Origin: Eledone cirrhosa
Taxonomy: Eukaryota
Direction of reading: 5' to 3'
Assembly: GCA_964016885.1 (NCBI GenBank)
Contig: OZ024759.1
Location: 6,076,001-6,140,000 of the forward strand
Length of the DNA stretch: 64,000 nt
The stretch's first letter is position 1. Every line of letters begins with the position of its first letter. Of the stretch, positions 54,501 through 64,000 are shown piece after piece. Position numbers and translations under genes: made by a program. The notes below the pieces were generated by a model. The model saw nothing but the letters and a program-made list of their open reading frames with translations, had not been told where the DNA came from and did no database searches.

Positions 54501-57500
54501 CACAAAGTCTTTACTGTAATACTGTAAATATTCACAATAATCTGTCTACCAGTAAAGATACTATAAACATTTAGTACAAAACAACACTATGACTACATCA
54601 CATTAAATATTAAAGTCTTTACTGTAATACTGTAAATGTTCACAACAATCTGTCCACTAGTAAAGATACTATAAACGTTTAGTACAAAACAACACTATGA
54701 CTACATCACATTAAATATTAAAGTCTTTACTGTAATACTGTAAATGTTCACAACAATCTGTCCACTAGTAAAGATACTATAAACGTTTAGTACAAAACAA
54801 CACTATGACTATATCACATTAAATATTAAAGTCTTTACTGTAATACTGTAAATATTCACAACAATCTGTCCACCAGTGAAGATGCTATAAACATTTAGTA
54901 CAAAACAACACTATGACTACATCACATTAAATATGTAAGTATTTACTGTAATACTGTAAATATTCACAACAATCTGTCCACCAGTAAAGATACTATAAAC
55001 ATTTAGTACAAAACAACACTTTGACTACATCACATTAAATATTAAAGTCTTTACTGTAATACTGTAAATGTTCACAACAATTTGTCTACCAGTAAAGATA
55101 CTATCAACATTTAGTACAAAACAACACTATGACTACATCACATTAAATATTAAAGTCTTTACTGTAATACTATAAATATTCACAACAATCTGTCTACTAG
55201 TAAAGATACTATAAACATTTAGTACAAAACAATACTATGACTACATCACATTAAATATTAAAGTCTTTACTGTAATACTGTAAATATTCACAACAATCTG
55301 TCCACCAGTAAAGATACTATAAACATTTAGTACAAAACAACACTATGACTACATCACAAAGTCTTTACTGTAATACTGTAAATATTCACAATAATCTGTC
55401 TACCAGTAAAGATACTATAAACATTTAGTATAAAACAACACTATGACTACATCACATTAAATATTAACGTCTTTACTGTAATACTGTAAATGTTCACAAC
55501 AATCTGTCCACTAGTAAAGATACTATAAACGTTTAGTACAAAACAACACTATGACTACATCACATTAAATATTAAAGTCTTTACTGTAATACTGTAAATA
55601 TTCACAACAATCTGTCCACCAGTAAAGATACTATAAACATTTAGTACAAAACAACACTATGACTACATCACAAAGTCTTTACTGTAAAACTGTAAATATT
55701 CACAATAATCTGTCTACCAGTAAAGATACTATAAACATTTAGTACAAAACAACACTATGACTACATCACATTAAATATTAAAGTCTTTACTGTAATACTG
55801 TAAATGTTCACAACAATCTGTCCACTAGTAAAGATACTATAAACGTTTAGTACAAAACAACACTATGACTACATCACATTAAATATTAAAGTCTTTACTG
55901 TAATACTGTAAATGTTCACAACAATCTGTCCACTAGTAAAGATACTATAAACGTTTAGTACAAAACAACACTATGACTATATCACATTAAATATTAAAGT
56001 CTTTACTGTAATACTGTAAATATTCACAACAATCTGTCCACCAGTAAAGATGCTATAAACATTTAGTACAAAACAACACTATGACTACATCACATTAAAT
56101 ATTAAAGTCTTTACTGTAATACTGTAAATATTCACAACAATCTGTCCACCAGTAAAGATACTATAAACATTTAGTACAAAACAACACTATGACGACATCA
56201 CATTAAATATTACAGTCTTTACTGTAATACTGTAAATATTCACAACAATCTGTCCACCAGTAAAGATACTATAAACATTTAGTACAAAACAACACTATGA
56301 CTACATCACATTAAATATTAAAGTCTTTACTGTAATACTGTAAATATTCACAACAATCTGTCCACCAGTAAAGATACTATAAACATTTAGTACAAAACAA
56401 CACTTTGACTACATCACATTAAATATTACAGTCTTCACTGTAATACTGTAAATATTCACAACAATCTGTCCACCAGTAAAGATACTATAAACATTTAGTA
56501 CAAAACACTATGACTACATCACATTAAATATTAAAGTCTTTACTGTAATACTGTAAATATTCACAACAATCTGTCCACCAGTAAAGATACTATAAACATT
56601 TAGTACTAAAGAATACTATGACTACATCACAATAAATATTAAAGTCTTTACTGTAATACTGTAAATGTTCACAACAATTTGTCTACCAGTAAAGATACTA
56701 TCAACATTTAGTACAAAACAACACTATGACTACATCACATTAAATATTAAAGTCTTTACTGTAATACTGTAAATATTCACAACAATATGTCCACCAGTAA
56801 AGATACTATAAACATTTAGTACAAAACAACACTATGACTACATCACATTAAATATTAAAGTCTTTACTGTAATACGATAAATTTCCACAACAATCTGTCT
56901 ACCAGTAAAGATACTACAAAGATTTAGTACAAAACAACACTATGACTACATCACATTAAATATTAAAGTCTTTACTGTAATACTGTAAATGTTTACAACA
57001 ATCTGTCCACCAGTAAAGATACTATAAACATTTAGTACAAAACAACACTATGACTACATCACATTAAATATTAAAGTCTTTACTGTAATACTGTAAATAT
57101 TCACAACAATCTGTCCACTAGTAAAGATACTATAAACATTGAGTACAAAACAACACTATGACTACATCACATTAAATATTAAAGTCTTTACTGTAATACT
57201 GTAAATGTTCACAACAATCTGTCCACCAGTAAAGATACTATCAACATTTAGTACAAAACAACACTATGACTACATCACATTAAATATTAAAGTCTTTACT
57301 GTAATACTGTAAATATTCACAATAATCTGTCTACTAGTAAAGATACTATAAACATTTAGTACAAAAGAATACTATGACTACATCACATTAAATATTAAAG
57401 TCTTTACTGTAATACTGTAAATATTCACAACAATCTGTCCACCAGTAAAGATACTATAAACATTTAGTACAAAACAACACTGACTACATCACATTAAATA

Positions 57501-60500
57501 TTGAAGTCTTTATTGTAATACTGTAAATATTCACAACAATCTGTCCACCAGTAAAGATACTATCAACATTTAGTACAAAACAACACTATGACTACATCAC
57601 ATTAAATATTAAAGACTTTACTGTAATACTGTAAATGTTCACAACAATCTGTCCACCAGTAAAGATACTATAAACATTTAGTACAAAACAACACTATGAC
57701 TACATCACATTAAATATTAAAGTCTTTACTGTAATACTATAAATATTCACAACAATCTGTCTACTAGTAAAGATACTATAAACATTTAGTACAAAACAAT
57801 ACCATGACTACATCACATTAAATATTAAAGTCTTTACTGTAATACTGTAAATATTCACAACAATCTCTCCACCAGTAAAGATACTATCAACATTTAGTAC
57901 AAAACAACACTATGACTACATCACATTAAATATTAAAGTCTTTACTGTAATACTATAAATATTCACAACAATCTGTCTACTAGTAAAGATACTATAAACA
58001 TTTAGTACAAAACAATACTATGACTACGTCACATTAAATATTAAAGTCTTTACTGTAATACTGTAAATGTTCACAACAATCTGTCCACCAGTAAAGATAC
58101 TATAAACATTTAGTACAAAACAACACTATGACTACATCACAAAGTCTTTACTGTAAAACTGTAAATATTCACAATAATCTGTCTACCAGTAAAGATACTA
58201 TAAACATTTAGTACAAAACAACACTATGACTACATCACATTAAATATTAAAGTCTTTACTGTAATACTGTAAATGTTCACAACAATCTGTCCACTAGTAA
58301 AGATACTATAAACGTTTAGTACAAAACAACACTATGACTACATCACATTAAATATTAAAGTCTTTACTGTAATACTGTAAATGTTCACAACAATCTGTCC
58401 ACTAGTAAAGATACTATAAACGTTTAGTACAAAACAACACTATGACTATATCACATTAAATATTAAAGTCTTTACTGTAATACTGTAAATATTCACAACA
58501 ATCTGTCCACCAGTAAAGATGCTATAAACATTTAGTACAAAACAACACTATGACTACATCACATTAAATATTAAAGTCTTTACTGTAATACTGTAAATAT
58601 TCACAACAATCTGTCCACCAGTAAAGATACTATAAACATTTAGTACAAAACAACACTATGACGACATCACATTAAATATTACAGTCTTTACTGTAATACT
58701 GTAAATATTCACAACAATCTGTCCACCAGTAAAGATACTATAAACATTTAGTACAAAACAACACTATGACTACATCACATTAAATATTAAAGTCTTTACT
58801 GTAATACTGTAAATATTCACAACAATCTGTCCACCAGTAAAGATACTATAAACATTTAGTACAAAACAACACTTTGACTACATCACATTAAATATTACAG
58901 TCTTCACTGTAATACTGTAAATATTCACAACAATCTGTCCACCAGTAAAGATACTATAAACATTTAGTACAAAACACTATGACTACATCACATTAAATAT
59001 TAAAGTCTTTACTGTAATACTGTAAATATTCACAACAATCTGTCCACCAGTAAAGATACTATAAACATTTAGTACTAAAGAATACTATGACTACATCACA
59101 ATAAATATTAAAGTCTTTACTGTAATACTGTAAATGTTCACAACAATTTGTCTACCAGTAAAGATACTATCAACATTTAGTACAAAACAACACTATGACT
59201 ACATCACATTAAATATTAAAGTCTTTACTGTAATACTGTAAATATTCACAACAATATGTCCACCAGTAAAGATACTATAAACATTTAGTACAAAACAACA
59301 CTATGACTACATCACATTAAATATTAAAGTCTTTACTGTAATACGATAAATTTCCACAACAATCTGTCTACCAGTAAAGATACTACAAAGATTTAGTACA
59401 AAACAACACTATGACTACATCACATTAAATATTAAAGTCTTTACTGTAATACTGTAAATGTTTACAACAATCTGTCCACCAGTAAAGATACTATAAACAT
59501 TTAGTACAAAACAACACTATGACTACATCACATTAAATATTAAAGTCTTTACTGTAATACTGTAAATATTCACAACAATCTGTCCACTAGTAAAGATACT
59601 ATAAACATTGAGTACAAAACAACACTATGACTACATCACATTAAATATTAAAGTCTTTACTGTAATACTGTAAATGTTCACAACAATCTGTCCACCAGTA
59701 AAGATACTATCAACATTTAGTACAAAACAACACTATGACTACATCACATTAAATATTAAAGTCTTTACTGTAATACTGTAAATATTCACAATAATCTGTC
59801 TACTAGTAAAGATACTATAAACATTTAGTACAAAAGAATACTATGACTACATCACATTAAATATTAAAGTCTTTACTGTAATACTGTAAATATTCACAAC
59901 AATCTGTCCACCAGTAAAGATACTATAAACATTTAGTACAAAACAACACTGACTACATCACATTAAATATTGAAGTCTTTATTGTAATACTGTAAATATT
60001 CACAACAATCTGTCCACCAGTAAAGATACTATCAACATTTAGTACAAAACAACACTATGACTACATCACATTAAATATTAAAGACTTTACTGTAATACTG
60101 TAAATGTTCACAACAATCTGTCCACCAGTAAAGATACTATAAACATTTAGTACAAAACAACACTATGACTACATCACATTAAATATTAAAGTCTTTACTG
60201 TAATACTATAAATATTCACAACAATCTGTCTACTAGTAAAGATACTATAAACATTTAGTACAAAACAATACCATGACTACATCACATTAAATATTAAAAA
60301 TCTTTACTGTAATACTGTAAATATTCACAACAATCTCTCCACCAGTAAAGATACTATCAACATTTAGTACAAAACAACACTATGACTACATCACATTAAA
60401 TATTAAAGTCTTTACTGTAATACTATAAATATTCACAACAATCTGTCTACTAGTAAAGATACTATAAACATTTAGTACAAAACAATACTATGACTACGTC

Positions 60501-63500
60501 ACATTAAATATTAAAGTCTTTACTGTAATACTGTAAATGTTCACAACAATCTGTCCACTAGTAAAGATACTATAAACGTTTAGTACAAAACAACACTATG
60601 ACTACATCACATTAAATATTAAAGTCTTTACTGTAATACTGTAAATATTCACAACAATCTGTCCACCAGTAAAGATACTATAAACATTTAGTACAAAACA
60701 ACACTATGACTACATCACATTAAATATTACAGTCTTTACTGTAATACTGTAAATATTCACAACAATCTGTCCACCAGTAAAGATACTATAAACATTTAGT
60801 ACAAAACAACACTATGACTACATCACAAAGTCTTTACTGTAATACTGTAAATATTCACAATAATCTGTCTACCAGTAAAGATACTATAAACATTTAGTAC
60901 AAAACAACACTATGACTACATCACATTAAATATTAAAGTCTTTACTGTAATACTGTAAATGTTCACAACAATCTGTCCACTAGTAAAGATACTATAAACG
61001 TTTAGTACAAAACAACACTATGACTACATCACATTAAATATTAAAGTCTTTACTGTAATACTGTAAATGTTCACAACAATCTGTCCACTAGTAAAGATAC
61101 TATAAACGTTTAGTACAAAACAACACTATGACTATATCACATTAAATATTAAAGTCTTTACTGTAATACTGTAAATATTCACAACAATCTGTCCACCAGT
61201 AAAGATACTATAAAAATTTAGTACAAAACAACACTATGACTACATCACATTAAATATTAAAGTCTTTACTGTAATACTGTAAATGTTCACAACAATCTGT
61301 CCACTAGTAAAGATACCATAAACGTTTAGTACAAAACAAAACTATGACTACATCACATTAAATATTAAAGTCTTTACTGTAATACTGTAAATATTCACAA
61401 CAATCTGTCCACCAGTTAAGATACTATAAACATTTAGTACAAAACAACACTATGACTACATCACATTAAATATTAAAGTATTTACTGTAATACTGTAAAT
61501 ATTCACAACAATCTGTCCACCAGTAAAGATACTATAAACATTTAGTACAAAACAACACTTTGACTACATCACATTAAATATTACAGTCTTTACTGTAATA
61601 CTGTAAATATTCACAACAATCTGTCCACCAGTAAAGATACTATAAACATTTAGTACAAAACACTATGACTACATCACATTAAATATTAAAGTCTTTACTG
61701 TAATACTGTAAATATCCACAACAATCTGTCCACCAGTAAAGATACTATAAACATTTAGTACAAAAGAATACTATGACTACATCACATTAAATATTAAAGT
61801 CTTTACTGTAATACTGTAAATGTTCACAACAATTTGTCTACCAGTAAAGATACTATCAACATTTAGTACAAAACAACACTATGACTACATCACATTAAAT
61901 ATTAAAGTCTTTACTGTAATACTATAAATATTCACAACAATCTGTCTACTAGTAAAGATACTATAAACATTTAGTACAAAACAATACTATGACTACATCA
62001 CATTAAATATTAAAGTCTTTACTGTAATACTGTAAATATTCAAAACAATCTGTCCACCAGTAAAGATACTATAAACATTTAGTACAAAACAACACTATGA
62101 CTACATCACAAAGTCTTTACTGTAATACTGTAAATATTCACAATAATCTGTATACCAGTAAAGATACTATAAACATTTAGTACAAAACAACACTATGACT
62201 ACATCACATTAAATATTAAAGTCTTTACTGTAATACTGTAAATGTTCACAACAATCTGTCCACTAGTAAAGATACTATAAACGTTTAGTACAAAACAACA
62301 CTATGACTACATCACATTAAATATTAAAGTCTTTACTGTAATACTGTAAATATTCACAACAATCTGTCCACCAGTAAAGATACTATAAACATTTAGTACA
62401 AAACAACACTATGACTACATCACAAAGTCTTTACTGTAATACTGTAAATATTCACAATAATCTGTCTACCAGTAAAGATACTATAAACATTTAGTACAAA
62501 ACAACACTATGACTACATCACATTAAATATGAAAGTCTTTACTGTAATACTGTAAATGTTCACAACAATCTGTCCACTAGTAAAGATACTATAAACGTTT
62601 AGTACAAAACAACACTATGACTACATCACATTAAATATTAAAGTCTTTACTGTAATACTGTAAATGTTCACAACAATCTGTCCGCTAGTAAAGATACTAT
62701 AAACGTTTAGTACAAAACAACACTATGACTATATCACATTAAATATTAAAGTCTTTACTGTAATACTGTAAATATTCACAACAATCTGTCCACCAGTAAA
62801 GATGCTATAAACATTTAGTACAAAACAACACTATGACTACATCACATTAAATATTAAAGTCTTTACTGTAATACTGTAAATGTTCACAACAATCTGTCCA
62901 CTAGTAAAGATACTATAAACGTTTAGTACAAAACAAAACTATGACTACATCACATTAAATATTAAAGTCTTTACTGTAATACTGTAAATATTCACAACAA
63001 TCTGTCCACCAGTTAAGATACTATAAACATTTAGTACAAAACAACACTATGACTACATCACATTAAATATTAAAGTATTTACTGTAATACTGTAAATATT
63101 CACAACAATCTGTCCACCAGTAAAGATACTATAAACATTTAGTACAAAACAACACTTTGACTACATCACATTAAATATTACAGTCTTCACTGTAATACTG
63201 TAAATATTCACAACAATCTGTCCACCAGTAAAGATACTATAAACATTTAGTACAAAACACTATGACTACATCACAATAAATATTAAAGTCTTTACTGTAA
63301 TACTGTAAATGTTCACAACAATTTGTCTACCAGTAAAGATACTATCAACATTTAGTACAAAACAACACTATGACTACATCACATTAAATATTAAAGTCTT
63401 TACTGTAATACTGTAAATATTCACAACAATATGTCCACCAGTAAAGATACTATAAACATTTAGTACAAAACAACACTATGACTACATCACATTAAATATT

Positions 63501-64000
63501 AAAGTCTTTACTGTAATACTGTAAATATTCACAACAATCTGTCCACTAGTAAAGATACTATAAACATTGAGTACAAAACAACACTATGACTACATCACAT
63601 TAAATATTAAAGTCTTTACTGTAATACTGTAAATGTTCACAACAATCTGTCCACCAGTAAAGATACTATCAACATTTAGTACAAAACAACACTATGACTA
63701 CATCACATTAAATATTAAAGTCTTTACTGTAATACTGTAAATATTCACAATAATCTGTCTACTAGTAAAGATACTATAAACATTTAGTACAAAAGAATAC
63801 TATGACTACATCACATTAAATATTAAAGTCTTTACTGTAATACTGTAAATATTCACAACAATCTGTCCACCAGTAAAGATACTATAAACATTTAGTACAA
63901 AACAACACTGACTACATCACATTAAATATTGAAGTCTTTATTGTAATACTGTAAATATTCACAACAATCTGCCCACCAGTAAAGATACTATCAACATTTA
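30514..64000. repeat. 108-bp AT-rich satellite array, ~310 copies, continuing past the window end
   Basis: Unit AGTACAAAACAACACTATGACTACATCACATTAAATATTAAAGTCTTTACTGTAATACTGTAAATATTCACAACAATCTGTCCACCAGTAAAGATACTATAAACATTT. TATGAC at 30529 and 30637 gives the period. Confidence 0.99.

Noticed and set aside
30514-64000. Coding potential or centromere identity of the 108-bp satellite
   Set aside because: Frequent stop codons and no ORF in the track. Centromeric function cannot be inferred from sequence alone.

Overview
Eukaryotic, AT-rich, repeat-dense DNA. The (TA)n/(CATA)n tracts, Deu/Nin-domain and CORE-type SINEs and RTE LINEs look like an octopod/cephalopod genome (inference). Two host genes lie head-to-head: the first coding exon of PM20D2 (minus, 3328-3711) and the first two coding exons of ANAPC1 (plus, 26271-26354 and 27694-~28009). 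The 22-kb interval between them holds LINE fragments (RTE, R4/Dong-like, CRE-like, Tx1/L1-like), SINEs, MITE-like foldbacks and minisatellites grown inside retroelements. It also holds an elongator tRNA-Met(CAT) gene with a canonical 21-nt intron and a cluster of six type I hammerhead ribozyme motifs (18.4-24.9 kb). Two of the hammerheads are fused to a second, covarying RNA structure I cannot assign to a known family. From 30514 to the window end there is a ~33.5-kb array of a 108-bp satellite with multi-kb higher-order duplications, apparently inside ANAPC1 intron 2. All calls were made by eye; no searches were run.
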